This document shows, one piece after another, positions 1 through 9,095 of a stretch of 64,000 bases of DNA. The position numbers were made by a program, and so were the translations under genes. The DNA is from an uncultured bacterium. GTDB lineage: Bacteria; Krumholzibacteriota; Krumholzibacteriia; JACNKJ01. The DNA lies in the NCBI GenBank assembly GCA_963695095.1, contig CAVOFT010000001.1:384001-448000 (forward strand). Direction: 5' to 3'. Numbering within the stretch: position 1 is the stretch's first letter; each line of letters starts with the position of its first letter. The notes below the pieces were generated by a model. It was given only the letters and a program-made list of their open reading frames with translations, did not search any database and was not told the DNA's origin.

Positions 1-1
1 A

Positions 2-1186
2 TCCAAGCTTGAGGCCGCCCAGGAGCAGGCTGCTGATCCCGTAGAGCAGGACGAAGAAGAGGGCGAGCAGCACGCCGGTGACCAGGACGTAGCGCGTGCC
101 GCGGCGCAGGCGGCCCTCCACCTCGAGGAGCCGGTAGCGGCCGAAGGCATAGGCGAAGCTGATCGGTGAGAGCAGGAGGGCGAGGAAGAGCCCCTGAATG
201 AGGGCGATCTGCAGCAGGTCCGGCAGCCCGGCCATGAGTCCGGGGATGCTGCCCAGGACGACCAGCACGAAGAGCATGCCCAGGCCGAGGCCGCTGCCCC
301 AGATGACCAGCGAGAGCTGCCGCTTCACGAGCGGCTCCGTCGCCCGCCGCTTGCGCTGGACGAGCACGAGGAATCCGCCGAAGGTGTAGATCGACATGGC
401 AATGGAGATGCCGATGCCTGCCCCCGGCCAATCGCGCAGGGTCGCGATCACGATGACGATCTGCGGCGCGTAGAGCAGCAGGTGGGCGCGCAGGGTGTGC
501 CGGCGCACCCAGTTCAGGGCCGCCGGGAAGTAGAGCTGCAAGTTCAGCCAGAAAACCCCGAAGCTGAGGATCATGGCGCCGATGACACCGGAGATGAGCT
601 TCTGGCCGGGGATCGCAAAGGCCGGGTAGCGAGCCAGGCCGAGCTGCACGCCGCCCAGCATCAGTGAACTCATGGCGAAGCTGAACAGGGCCAGGGCGCG
701 CACGCCGGCCTGGTCGGGCCGGCGGGTGACGGCCCAGAGACCGACGAGCAGGAAGCCGAGCGTGATCAGGACGCGCGTGAGCTCGAGCGCCGCGATGAAG
801 GCGATGTCCTTGCCATGGCGCTCGCTGTAGAGCATCTCCGTATTCAGGGTCTCGCCCGCACGGAGGTAGCTGATCGCGACCCGGTCACCCGGCCTGGGGA
901 TGAAGCTGCGCAGCGCGGCCCGGTCCAGGCTGTCGCCGGCGGCGGTGACGATGGCCAGCAGGGTGTCGCCCTTGGCCGGCAGGGGCCCGGGCGGGAAGTC
1001 CACGGGATCGACCTCGCCGAATACGAGCAGGCTGTCGGTCCCCGCCGTGCGGAGTTCCGTATCGTTCGAGCCCGCCGCCAGCCAGCCGCGCAGGCGCACG
1101 GCTTCCTGGACATAGAAGACGAAGTTGTAGAGCAGCAGGAGCAGGCCGAGGACGGCGATGGCCCAGCCGAAGCGCTTGCCCGTCAT
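2..1186 (-). CDS. Multi-TM sensor-type membrane protein, N-terminal part (TM, PDZ-like extracytoplasmic segment, several TM helices); runs off the window, cytoplasmic output domain not visible
   Basis: Not in the ORF track because its stop lies outside the window. Read manually from ATG at 1186: MTGKRFGWAIAVLGLLLLLYNF...RPGDRVAISYLRAGE...GFLLVGLWAVTRRP...PISFAYAFGRYRLLEVE; open to the window edge. Confidence 0.75.
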   Translation of the reverse strand, partial: MTGKRFGWAIAVLGLLLLLYNFVFYVQEAVRLRGWLAAGSNDTELRTAGTDSLLVFGEVDPVDFPPGPLPAKGDTLLAIVTAAGDSLDRAALRSFIPRPGDRVAISYLRAGETLNTEMLYSERHGKDIAFIAALELTRVLITLGFLLVGLWAVTRRPDQAGVRALALFSFAMSSLMLGGVQLGLARYPAFAIPGQKLISGVIGAMILSFGVFWLNLQLYFPAALNWVRRHTLRAHLLLYAPQIVIVIATLRDWPGAGIGISIAMSIYTFGGFLVLVQRKRRATEPLVKRQLSLVIWGSGLGLGMLFVLVVLGSIPGLMAGLPDLLQIALIQGLFLALLLSPISFAYAFGRYRLLEVEGRLRRGTRYVLVTGVLLALFFVLLYGISSLLLGGLKLG

Positions 1187-1284
1187 GCGTCACCCCGGGT
1201 TGGCGGCATTTGCCGGGGCCAGTGTGGCGGCGGGCCGGGTCGCTGTCAACGGCGCCTCGGCTCGGGGCGAGGCCAAAGGCGGGT

Positions 1285-1314
1285 CTGTCAAAACGCTTAC
1301 ATTCCCGCTATAAT
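1285..1314 (+). promoter_or_regulatory. Putative sigma70 promoter for the 1401/1698 genes
   Basis: CTGTCA (1285-1290), 18 bp spacer, TATAAT (1309-1314) in a GC-rich intergenic region. Confidence 0.45.
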
Positions 1315-1400
1315 CACCGGCAGCGGCGGCCGCCATGGACTTGGGGCCCGCCGCGCCGATCCAGCGGGGATGCGCAGCCCCTGTCTTCGTGGAGGCAGTC

Positions 1401-1646
1401 ATGACCAAGCTCGCCAACATGGCCACCCGCGTGCTCTTCATCGCCGCATTTCTCTTGGCTGCCCTCGCTCTCTGGGAGAAGCTCTTCAAGGTGCTGGGAG
1501 CGAGCATGTTCCCGGACACCAAACCACTCAGCATGCTGCAGACCGCCGGCGTGATCCTGCTCTTCGTGATCTCCATGCAGCTCCACGAGCTGCTGGAGGT
1601 GAAGCGGGACGAGCAGTGGCGCGACAGGGGCCGTGACGAGGACTGA
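1401..1646 (+). CDS. Small two-TM membrane protein, unknown function
   Basis: GGAGG RBS before ATG 1401 (MTKLANMATRVLFIAAFLL...); two hydrophobic segments; host-like codon usage. Confidence 0.7.
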   Translation: MTKLANMATRVLFIAAFLLAALALWEKLFKVLGASMFPDTKPLSMLQTAGVILLFVISMQLHELLEVKRDEQWRDRGRDED

Positions 1647-1697
1647 GGAAGGGACCGCGCGCCAGGCAACGCGGCGGCAGGCCGCTCAAGGAGGCGC

Positions 1698-2111
1698 ATG
1701 GCCATTCGCATCCGACCCGTCGAGTACTTCTACACGATGGTCGAGGACCGTCCCGGTGAGGCCTACCGCCTGCTGAGCAGCCTGGCGGCGGCCGACGTCA
1801 ACCTGCTCGCCTTCAACATCGTGCCGGTGGGCGCCAGCGCCACCCAGCTCGTGCTCTTTCCCGAGCACCCCGAGGGCCTGGCCCGGGCCGCCGAGCGCGG
1901 GGGCTTTTCGATCAGCAGCCCCCAGCAGGCGCTGCTCATCCAGGGGGACGACGAGCTGGGAGCCCTGGTCGCGGTGCATCACAAGCTCTTCGAGGCGGGG
2001 GTGAACGTCTACGCCTCCAACGGCGTGAACGACGGCCGTGGCGCCTACGGCTACGTCGTCTACGTGCGCCCCGAGGGCTTCGCCGACGCCCTGCGCGCGC
2101 TCGGCTTGTAG
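1698..2111 (+). CDS. ACT-domain protein (tandem ACT folds)
   Basis: VEDRPGEAYRLLSSLAAADVNLLAF and GDDELGALVAVHHKLFEAGVNV are ACT-type motifs; GGAGG RBS. Confidence 0.75.
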   Translation: MAIRIRPVEYFYTMVEDRPGEAYRLLSSLAAADVNLLAFNIVPVGASATQLVLFPEHPEGLARAAERGGFSISSPQQALLIQGDDELGALVAVHHKLFEAGVNVYASNGVNDGRGAYGYVVYVRPEGFADALRALGL

Positions 2112-2200
2112 CGCTCGCGCGTTCCCTCTCGCGCCCGAAGCAAGGGCGCTCGCGCGTTCCCTCTCGCGCCCGAAACAACGGGCGCGACCCGGGAACGCGC
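2111..2200. repeat. 29 bp direct repeat (period 35) with GC-rich hairpins, REP-like
   Basis: GCGCTCGCGCGTTCCCTCTCGCGCCCGAA at 2111-2139 and 2146-2174; the second copy folds as TCGCGCCCG-AAACAA-CGGGCGCGA with an outer GCGCGTTCCC/GGGAACGCGC stem. Confidence 0.8.
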
Positions 2201-2234
2201 TCGCTTGCGCGAACCCCGCCCTGCCCCCCCAAGG

Positions 2235-2263
2235 GTGTCATTTCGGACAGCGCGTGCTATAAT
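2235..2263 (+). promoter_or_regulatory. Putative sigma70 promoter with extended -10
   Basis: GTGTCA (2235-2240), 17 bp spacer, TATAAT (2258-2263) preceded by TG-N. Confidence 0.55.
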
Positions 2264-2306
2264 TGCCGGGCACCCGATTTTCGCTCATTCAACCTGGGAG
2301 GATGCC

Positions 2307-4502
2307 ATGTACGCGCAGCGCAAGCGCCTCGGCCCGTGGCTGGGGCTCCTGCTGGTACTGGCGGTGGTGGGGACCGCGTTCGCGCACGACGAGCTCGTGC
2401 CGCGTCCCGCGACCGTGGCTGCCGGCGGGCCGGTGCCCACAGACTTCGATCGTCTCAACTACCTCTTCGAGAGCTTCGAGTCCGCCGTGCCCCCGACCGG
2501 CTGGACCCTGATGACCAGCGGCGTCTCGACGACCTGGGAGCAGACCAATGCCGCCGCCCAGAGCGGCAACTTCTCGGCGGCCGTCTTCTACGGCCCGCAG
2601 GGCGCCATGCAGGACGAGTGGCTGGTGACTTCGGCCATCGACCTGTCGACGGCCGGCGGCGCCACGCTCGAGTTCTTCGAGAACGAGGCCTACTGGGCCG
2701 ACTACGGCCTCAGGCACAGCATCGCCGTGAGCACAACGGTGCCCGACAACCCCGCCGCCTTCACGAACGTGATCGTGTGGACGCCTGCGAACCACACGAT
2801 CAACGGCTTCGGCGGCGATCCCGTGCAGCTCGACCTCAGCGCCTATGCCGGCTTCAGCACGGTCTACGTGGCCTTCCGCTACGAGGGCGACTGGGCGGAC
2901 GACTGGTACATCGACGACGTGCGCGTCTTCGAGCCCAGCGCCCACGACATTGCCGCGCTCGAGGCGCTGCCCATCGGGCACGTCGAGGGCGGCACGGCGA
3001 TCACCCCGCAGGGCGTGGTCAAGAACGTCGGCCTCAACGCGGAGAGCTTCGACGTGCGCTACGAGCTGTTCGTGGAGGGCGTGTCGGTCTACGAGGAGAT
3101 CGTCGCCGTGGCGAACGTCGCACCAAACGCGACGAGGACGGTGGACTTCCCGACCTTCGTCGTCGAGGGCGGCAACTACTACCAGGCGCAGCTGACCACG
3201 CTGCTGGCCGGCGATGAGGACACCTCCAACGACGTCGCCTGGGGCGGCTTCGACAGCTGGTTGCTCACGCACACGCCGATGATGTTCCTGTTCACGAACA
3301 GCGGCTGCAGCCCCTGCGTGCAGGCGAACGAGGCGATGGACGCCTACATGCCCACCCAGGGCAACGCCGTCGCCCTCATGCGCATCCACGCCTGGTGGCC
3401 CTTTGCCGGCGACATCATGTACACGGCCAACGTGGACCAGTGCACGGCCTACATCGACGAGTACGGCGTGAACGGCGTGCCCGATTTCTGGCTCGACGGC
3501 TTCTTGGGCCTGGGCTACGCGGGCGTTGACGCCGTGGCCGCCTTCGAGGAGGCCAAGCTCTGGGCCAGCCCGATGAGCGTGACGCCCGCGTTCTGGAACA
3601 TGGCCACCGAGCAGCTCACGGTGGAGATCCAGATCAACTCCGAGCTGCCGCCCGGCGGCGATTACCGCCTGGTCTGCTGCTTCACCGAGGACGGCATCGA
3701 GCACAACGGCGGCAACGGAGAGCCTCTCCACAACCAGGCCTTCCTCTGGGCCTATCCGGACATGGAGGGCACGCCGATCGGGACCATGACGGGTTCGTAC
3801 TGGTACATCATCGACATGCCGCTGAACCCGGCGGGCAGCACGACGATTCCCTGGGAGTACGTCAACCTGCGGGCGACCTGCTACGTGCAGGACCGCGGCG
3901 AGGCGGCCTTCCGCAAGATCTACGAGGCCGGCACGCGCTTCCTCACCGAGATCGACGACGTGACCCCCGTGGCGCTCAGCCTCTTCGAGCTGAACGCGCG
4001 GCCGGGCGCGGTGGACATCCGCTGGGAGAGCGCCACCGAGCAGGCGGACTTCCGTCTCCTGCGCGTGCTCGACGGCGCGCAGGTCGAGCTGCCCTACACG
4101 GTCGGCACCGGTGGCAGCTACACGGCGACGGATGCGCTGGCCGCGGGTGGCGAGGCGCGCTACCAGCTCTTCGGCCGCGAGGCGGGCGAGGACTGGCTGC
4201 TGCTGCGCAGCGAGAACGTCACGGTGGAACCGGCAGTGATCGCCAGCCGCCTGGAGCGCTGCTGGCCGAACCCCTTCAACCCGAAGACCACGATTCGCTA
4301 CACGCTGGCCGCGGCGGGCGAAGTGCGCGTGAGCGTCTTCGACCTGCAGGGCCGCCGCGTGGCGGATCTCTTCCAGGGCGCGCAGACGGCCGGTTCCCAT
4401 GAGCTGAGCTGGGACGCCGGCGAGCTGGGTTCGGGGATCTACTTCGTGCGGCTTGTCGGCCAGAACGTGCGCGACAGCCAGAAGGTGGTCCTCACCAAGT
4501 GA
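2307..4502 (+). CDS. Secreted multidomain protein: choice-of-anchor-J/MAM-like beta-sandwich, CARDB-like Ig, Omp28/thioredoxin-like (CSPC), C-terminal FlgD-Ig/T9SS-like sorting domain
   Basis: Signal peptide from ATG 2307 after GGGAGG; FESFES..PPTGW, QDEWLVT, WYIDDVRV; GVVKNVG; FTNSGCSPC...YGVNGVPDFWLDG; C-terminal WPNPFNPKTTIRY...FDLQGRRV...SGIYFVRL...KVVLTK. Confidence 0.8.
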   Translation: MYAQRKRLGPWLGLLLVLAVVGTAFAHDELVPRPATVAAGGPVPTDFDRLNYLFESFESAVPPTGWTLMTSGVSTTWEQTNAAAQSGNFSAAVFYGPQGAMQDEWLVTSAIDLSTAGGATLEFFENEAYWADYGLRHSIAVSTTVPDNPAAFTNVIVWTPANHTINGFGGDPVQLDLSAYAGFSTVYVAFRYEGDWADDWYIDDVRVFEPSAHDIAALEALPIGHVEGGTAITPQGVVKNVGLNAESFDVRYELFVEGVSVYEEIVAVANVAPNATRTVDFPTFVVEGGNYYQAQLTTLLAGDEDTSNDVAWGGFDSWLLTHTPMMFLFTNSGCSPCVQANEAMDAYMPTQGNAVALMRIHAWWPFAGDIMYTANVDQCTAYIDEYGVNGVPDFWLDGFLGLGYAGVDAVAAFEEAKLWASPMSVTPAFWNMATEQLTVEIQINSELPPGGDYRLVCCFTEDGIEHNGGNGEPLHNQAFLWAYPDMEGTPIGTMTGSYWYIIDMPLNPAGSTTIPWEYVNLRATCYVQDRGEAAFRKIYEAGTRFLTEIDDVTPVALSLFELNARPGAVDIRWESATEQADFRLLRVLDGAQVELPYTVGTGGSYTATDALAAGGEARYQLFGREAGEDWLLLRSENVTVEPAVIASRLERCWPNPFNPKTTIRYTLAAAGEVRVSVFDLQGRRVADLFQGAQTAGSHELSWDAGELGSGIYFVRLVGQNVRDSQKVVLTK

Positions 4503-4511
4503 GCCCACTCA

Positions 4512-4550
4512 CGTCCGCCCGCGCGCGAAACAACGCGCGCGGCGCGGACG
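4512..4550. repeat. GC-rich hairpin with AAACAA loop, related to the 2164-2187 hairpin
   Basis: CCGCGCGCG-AAACAA-CGCGCGCGG (4519-4542) with outer CGTCCGC/GCGGACG stem. Confidence 0.65.
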
Positions 4551-4634
4551 CGAGCGAGCTCACTGGGAGCGCCGCGTTCAGACCGCGCGGGCGAGCCGGC
4601 CACTGGCTAGCGAGCGCGAAGGCTCCAGCAACAA

Positions 4635-4670
4635 GGCAAAGGGGGAGCCCGGTGGCTCCCCCCTGTTGCC
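4635..4670 (+). terminator. Possible intrinsic terminator hairpin
   Basis: GGGGGAGCC-CGGT-GGCTCCCCC stem; weak U-tract. Confidence 0.35.
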
Positions 4671-4835
4671 ACGTGGCAACTCTGGCCCTGCCCGGACCGC
4701 CCGCCCCCGGGGGCGGGCATGCCTTGCGCGAGGCTTGCGTGCAGGGATCCCGCGGATGAAACAGCTTGCGAGCCGCTCCCGGGGGCCGCATCCTAAGGGG
4801 GCGCAGCCGCGCGCCTTCCCGTTCCCGGAGCGTCC

Positions 4836-5603
4836 ATGAAGCGTTGGCACAAGGTCGGCGCCGCCGCCCTCTTGATTCTCGCCGTGGCCGTGGCGGCCCT
4901 GCTCTACTTCCCGCCGCGGCAGCTGCTCTACGCGGTGGCGCGGGCCAATCCCGAGGTGCTCTTCTACGTGGAGACCCAGCGGCCCGTCCTGGCGCTAACG
5001 CTGGATGATGGGCCCGACCCCGTCGTCACCCCCCAGATCCTGGACCTGCTCGCCCGCCACGGCGTGCGCGCCACCTTCTTCCTCATCGGCGATCGCGTGC
5101 CCGGCAACGAGGCCCTGCTCGCGCGCATGCGCGCCGAGGGCCATGAGCTGGCCAATCACCTGGCCCACGACGAGTCCTCCCTCGGCCTCTCGCCGGCGGA
5201 GTTCAGGCACCAGCTCGCCGAGGTGGACTCCCTGATCGCCGGCGAAGATGGCCTGGGCGGCCACTGGCTGCGCCCCGGCAGCGGTTGGTTCAATGAGCGC
5301 ATGATCGAGCAGCTCGAGACGGAGGGCTACCGCCTCGCCCTGGGCTCGGTCTACCCGCATGACCTGGTGATGCAGAGCCCGGCGCTGATCGCGGACTTCA
5401 TCCTCGAGCGCAGCTTCCCGGGCGGGGTGATCATCCTGCACGACGGCGACGGCGATCCGGCGCGCACCCTGGCCGTGCTCGAGCGCGTGCTGCCCGTGCT
5501 CATCGCCCGCGGCTACGACTTCCTCACGCTCACGGAGCTGGCCGCGCTGGACGCCAACGGGCCCGGCATCGCCGCCCTGCCCGCCGCGCCGCCTGCCTCT
5601 TAA
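4836..5603 (+). CDS. Polysaccharide deacetylase (NodB/CE4 family), N-terminal membrane anchor
   Basis: ALTLDDGP, ATFFLIG, HELANH..H, LRPGSG, GGVIILHDG motifs. Confidence 0.9.
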   Translation: MKRWHKVGAAALLILAVAVAALLYFPPRQLLYAVARANPEVLFYVETQRPVLALTLDDGPDPVVTPQILDLLARHGVRATFFLIGDRVPGNEALLARMRAEGHELANHLAHDESSLGLSPAEFRHQLAEVDSLIAGEDGLGGHWLRPGSGWFNERMIEQLETEGYRLALGSVYPHDLVMQSPALIADFILERSFPGGVIILHDGDGDPARTLAVLERVLPVLIARGYDFLTLTELAALDANGPGIAALPAAPPAS

Positions 5604-6796
5604 CGCCCCGCGTAGAATCCTGGGTAGAGCGCGTAGAAGAGGATCGCGCGCAGCATGTGCTCCTCGCTGACGCGGTCCGCCGGCGAGTGCGTGTACTCCT
5701 CCTCCGCCGGGCCGAAGCCGAGGGTCGGGATGCCCGCGATGCCGGCCGTGTAGACCCCGTTCGTCGAGAAAGTCCAGCGCCCCGCCTCGGCGGCCTGCCC
5801 GAGCGCCGCGCCCGCGGCGGCCATGCCGGCCGCGAAGGCGGGATGCGCCTCGTCGAGCACCCAGCTCGGGTAGTACTTCTCCATCTCGACGTGCTTGCCC
5901 GTCCAGCCCTCGGCGCGGTGCACGAGCGTCTCCACCTCGGCGGGCACGCCGGCCTCGGCCACCACGGCCTCGATCTCGGCCAGCGCGCTCTCCTTGCTCT
6001 CGCCCGCCGTCAGCCGGCGATCGATGAAGATGGTGCAGCGGTCGGGCACGGCGTTGAGGCTCGGCCCGCTGCCCTCGATGCGCGTCACCGCCAGCGAGCC
6101 GCGGCCGAGGAAGGGATCCTGCGTGAGCTGCTCGTTCAAAGCGGCGATGCCGCGCACGATCTTGGTCATGCCGTAGATGGCGTTCACGCCCCGCTCGGGC
6201 GCACTCGCGTGGCAGCTCGCCCCGCGCACGGTCACGGAGATCTCCATGCGCCCGCGATGGCCGCGGTAGACCTTCAGGCCCGTGCACTCGGCGAGAATGG
6301 CGAGTTCGGGCTTGAGGCCGTCCTCGCCCAGGATGGTCTTGAAGGCGATGCCGTCGCAGTCCTCCTCCATCGCGCTGCCCACCACGGCCAGCGAGAAGCC
6401 GCGCGGGAGCACCTCCTTGGCCAGCGCCGCGCCGAAGAGGATGGCCGCCAGGCCGCCCTTGTTGTCGCTGGCGCCGCGGCCCCAGATCCAGCCGTCGGCC
6501 TGCTTGCCGAGGTAGGGGTCGTGCGGCCAGGCCGCCGGGTCGCCCACGCCCACGGTGTCGATGTGGGCGTCGTAGAGCAGGGTGCGCCCGCCCTCGCCGA
6601 TGCGGCCCACCACGGAGCCGAAGCTGTCGATGGACACCTCGTCGAAACCGCGCTGCACCATCTCGCGGGCCACGCGCCGCGCCACGGCCTCTTCCTTGCC
6701 GCTGGGGGAGGGGATGGCCACGATCTCGCGCAGGAAGTGCAGGGCCTCGGGCAGGATGTCGCGGGCGCGCTTCTCCATGAGATCGCGGGCGGTCAT
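5600..6796 (-). CDS. ygeY: YgeY-family M20 metallohydrolase (selenium metabolism/purine degradation-linked)
   Basis: DAHIDTVG, GRGASDNKGG, MEEDCDG, GHRGRMEI, SCHASAPERG, WTFSTNGV, GFGP; ATG 6796 overlaps the upstream gene's TGA (ATGA). Confidence 0.85.
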   Translation of the reverse strand: MTARDLMEKRARDILPEALHFLREIVAIPSPSGKEEAVARRVAREMVQRGFDEVSIDSFGSVVGRIGEGGRTLLYDAHIDTVGVGDPAAWPHDPYLGKQADGWIWGRGASDNKGGLAAILFGAALAKEVLPRGFSLAVVGSAMEEDCDGIAFKTILGEDGLKPELAILAECTGLKVYRGHRGRMEISVTVRGASCHASAPERGVNAIYGMTKIVRGIAALNEQLTQDPFLGRGSLAVTRIEGSGPSLNAVPDRCTIFIDRRLTAGESKESALAEIEAVVAEAGVPAEVETLVHRAEGWTGKHVEMEKYYPSWVLDEAHPAFAAGMAAAGAALGQAAEAGRWTFSTNGVYTAGIAGIPTLGFGPAEEEYTHSPADRVSEEHMLRAILFYALYPGFYAGR

Positions 6797-7875
6797 CGCC
6801 CACCTCCCATCAGGGCGGCGGGCAGCGGATCCTCGATGATCAGCCAGCCCGACTGGTAGCGGTCCAGCTCGGCCACCGTGCGCGCGTCCATGGGATGCTC
6901 GCGCTCGGGGACTTCCACGTGCTTCTCGGCGCCGCAGAGCGGCGTGGTGAAGTAGCGCTGGCCCGTGTCGTTGATCATGGTGACGATGCGCGTGAGCTCG
7001 GGCCGCCGCGCGTGCAGCTTGAGCGCCGCGGCCACGTTGGCCCCCGAGGAGATGCCGCAGAAGATGCCCTCCTCGCGCGCCAGGCGCTGGGCGACGGCGA
7101 TGGCCTCGGCCGTGCTCACCGTGATCACGCCGTCCAGGTGCGCGAGGTGCAGGTTCTCCGGCACGAAGCCGTCGCCGATGCCCTCGATGCCGTGCGGGCC
7201 CCACTCGCGCCGCGCGAGCAGCGGACATTCGGCCGGCTCGATGGCGTAGAACTCGCCTTCGCCGCCCCGCTCCTTGAAGTAACGCGCCACGCCGCTGATC
7301 GTGCCTCCCGTGCCCTGCGTGGCCACGAAGGCGCCGAGGGCCCCGCCCGTCTGTTCCCAGAGCTCGGGCGCCGTGCCCGCCGCGTGGGCGGCCACGTTCT
7401 CCGGGTTCGTGAACTGGGCCGGCACCCAGTAGCGGCCGGGGTCCTTCGCGCGGATCTCCTCCAGCTTTTCCAGGGCGAGATCCACGTCGCTCTCGCCACC
7501 CGGCGTGTAGACCATGCGGCTGCCGTAGGCGATGTCCAGCTTCTTGCGCTCCTCGCTCATCCCCTCCGGCATCACGATGATGCAGGGGTAGCCCAGCGCC
7601 GCGGCCACGAAGCTGCAGGCGATGCCGGCGTTGCCGGTGGAGCACTCGAGCACGGTCATGCCGGGCTTCAGCTGCCCGGCGGCCTCGGCCTCCCGGAACA
7701 TGCGCAGGTAGATGCGGTCTTTCAGGCTGCCCGAGGGGCTGAAGTACTCCAGCTTGCCCAGGAGCCCGAGGCCCGTGCCGGCCGTAAGACGCGTCAGACG
7801 AACCAGGGGCGTGCGGCCGATGGTGTCGAAGATGTGCTCGGCGATGCGCGCATTGCGCCCCCAGTCGATGCCCAT
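6793..7875 (-). CDS. PLP-dependent cysteine synthase/cystathionine beta-synthase family enzyme with atypical substrate loop
   Basis: IGRTPLVRL, SPSGSLKDR (PLP lysine), ECSTGNAG, QGTGGT, GIEGIG, GISSGAN. Confidence 0.88.
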   Translation of the reverse strand: MGIDWGRNARIAEHIFDTIGRTPLVRLTRLTAGTGLGLLGKLEYFSPSGSLKDRIYLRMFREAEAAGQLKPGMTVLECSTGNAGIACSFVAAALGYPCIIVMPEGMSEERKKLDIAYGSRMVYTPGGESDVDLALEKLEEIRAKDPGRYWVPAQFTNPENVAAHAAGTAPELWEQTGGALGAFVATQGTGGTISGVARYFKERGGEGEFYAIEPAECPLLARREWGPHGIEGIGDGFVPENLHLAHLDGVITVSTAEAIAVAQRLAREEGIFCGISSGANVAAALKLHARRPELTRIVTMINDTGQRYFTTPLCGAEKHVEVPEREHPMDARTVAELDRYQSGWLIIEDPLPAALMGGGR

Positions 7876-8114
7876 GACCCCTCCTTAATAAGCCGCCGGC
7901 CGCGGACGACCGGCGGAACCCTGCAGGGTAGCCCGGCGGGGGCCGGGCCGCAAGGCCGCTCCGGCGGCCGGAAGAATGCCCGCTCCCCCTGGAACTCGGC
8001 CCGCCATTTGGGTATAGTCTCGCTTCGTGCCGCGGCCGCCCGCCGGTCGCGCGCCCAACTCCAATCCGCAAGCCAGGCCGCTCGGCAACCGCGAAACGGC
8101 GAGGTGATTTCGGC

Positions 8115-9095
8115 ATGATCGAAGTGCGTGAGGTTTCCAAACGCTTCGGCAGCACGCTGGCCCTGGACGGGGTCTCCCTGCGCGTCGAGCGAGGATCGGT
8201 GCTCGGCTTCCTCGGGCCCAACGGCGCGGGCAAGAGCACGGCGATGAAGATCATCACCACCTTCCTGGCGCCGGACGCCGGGACGGTGACCGTGGACGGC
8301 CTCGACGTGCGTGAGCAGCCCCTGGCCGTGCGCCGCAAGATCGGCTACCAGCCCGAGAACGTGCCGCTCTACCCGGACATGCGTGTGCACGAGTACCTGG
8401 AGTTCGTGGGGCGCTCGCGCGGGCTCTCCGGCGCGACGCTTGCTGCCCGCCTCAAGTGGGTGCGCGAGGCCTGCGGCATCACCCGCGTCTACAAGCAGAC
8501 CATCAACGAGCTGTCCAAGGGTTTCCGCCAGCGCACGGGCCTGGCCCAGGCCCTGGTGCACGACCCGGAGATCCTCATCCTCGACGAGCCGACCACGGGG
8601 CTGGACCCCCTGCAGATCATCGGCATCCGCGAGCTGATCCAGGAGCTGGGCCGCAGCAAGACGATCATCTTCAGCACGCACATCCTGCAGGAGGTGGCGC
8701 CGGTCACGGACCACGTCGTCATCATCAACCAGGGGCGGGTGATCGCCGACGGTCGCATCCCCGAGCTGCAGCGGCGCGCCATGGGCAGCAACCGGCTCCT
8801 GCTCGGCTTCGAGGCCGTGCCCGAGGATCTCAAGTCCGCCCTCGGCGCGCTGGCTGGCTTCCAGGCGCTGCTGCCCATCGGCGAGCAGGCGCCCGGCCGC
8901 TTCGAGCTGCGCGGGGATTTCGCCAGCGATCTGGCCGGGGGCGTGGCGGCCCTCGCGCGGGACCGCGGCTGGCACCTGCGCGAGCTGACCGAGAGCCCCT
9001 TCAGCCTGGAGGACACCTTCATCGCCCTGACCAAGCAGGCCGGCGGCTCCGAGGACATGCACCTGCCCGGCGGCGGAAAGGAGCTGCGCGCATGA
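8115..9095 (+). CDS. ABC transporter ATP-binding protein (GldA-like)
   Basis: GPNGAGKST Walker A, LSKGFRQR signature, ILDEPT Walker B, STHILQEV. Confidence 0.92.
   Translation: MIEVREVSKRFGSTLALDGVSLRVERGSVLGFLGPNGAGKSTAMKIITTFLAPDAGTVTVDGLDVREQPLAVRRKIGYQPENVPLYPDMRVHEYLEFVGRSRGLSGATLAARLKWVREACGITRVYKQTINELSKGFRQRTGLAQALVHDPEILILDEPTTGLDPLQIIGIRELIQELGRSKTIIFSTHILQEVAPVTDHVVIINQGRVIADGRIPELQRRAMGSNRLLLGFEAVPEDLKSALGALAGFQALLPIGEQAPGRFELRGDFASDLAGGVAALARDRGWHLRELTESPFSLEDTFIALTKQAGGSEDMHLPGGGKELRA

Noticed and set aside
2111..2200. CRISPR array
   Set aside because: Only two copies separated by 6 nt; no spacers and no cas genes.
5600..8338. 912-aa ORF as one protein
   Set aside because: Only the last 398 aa (from ATG 6796) is YgeY; the rest overlaps the PLP-enzyme gene in another frame.
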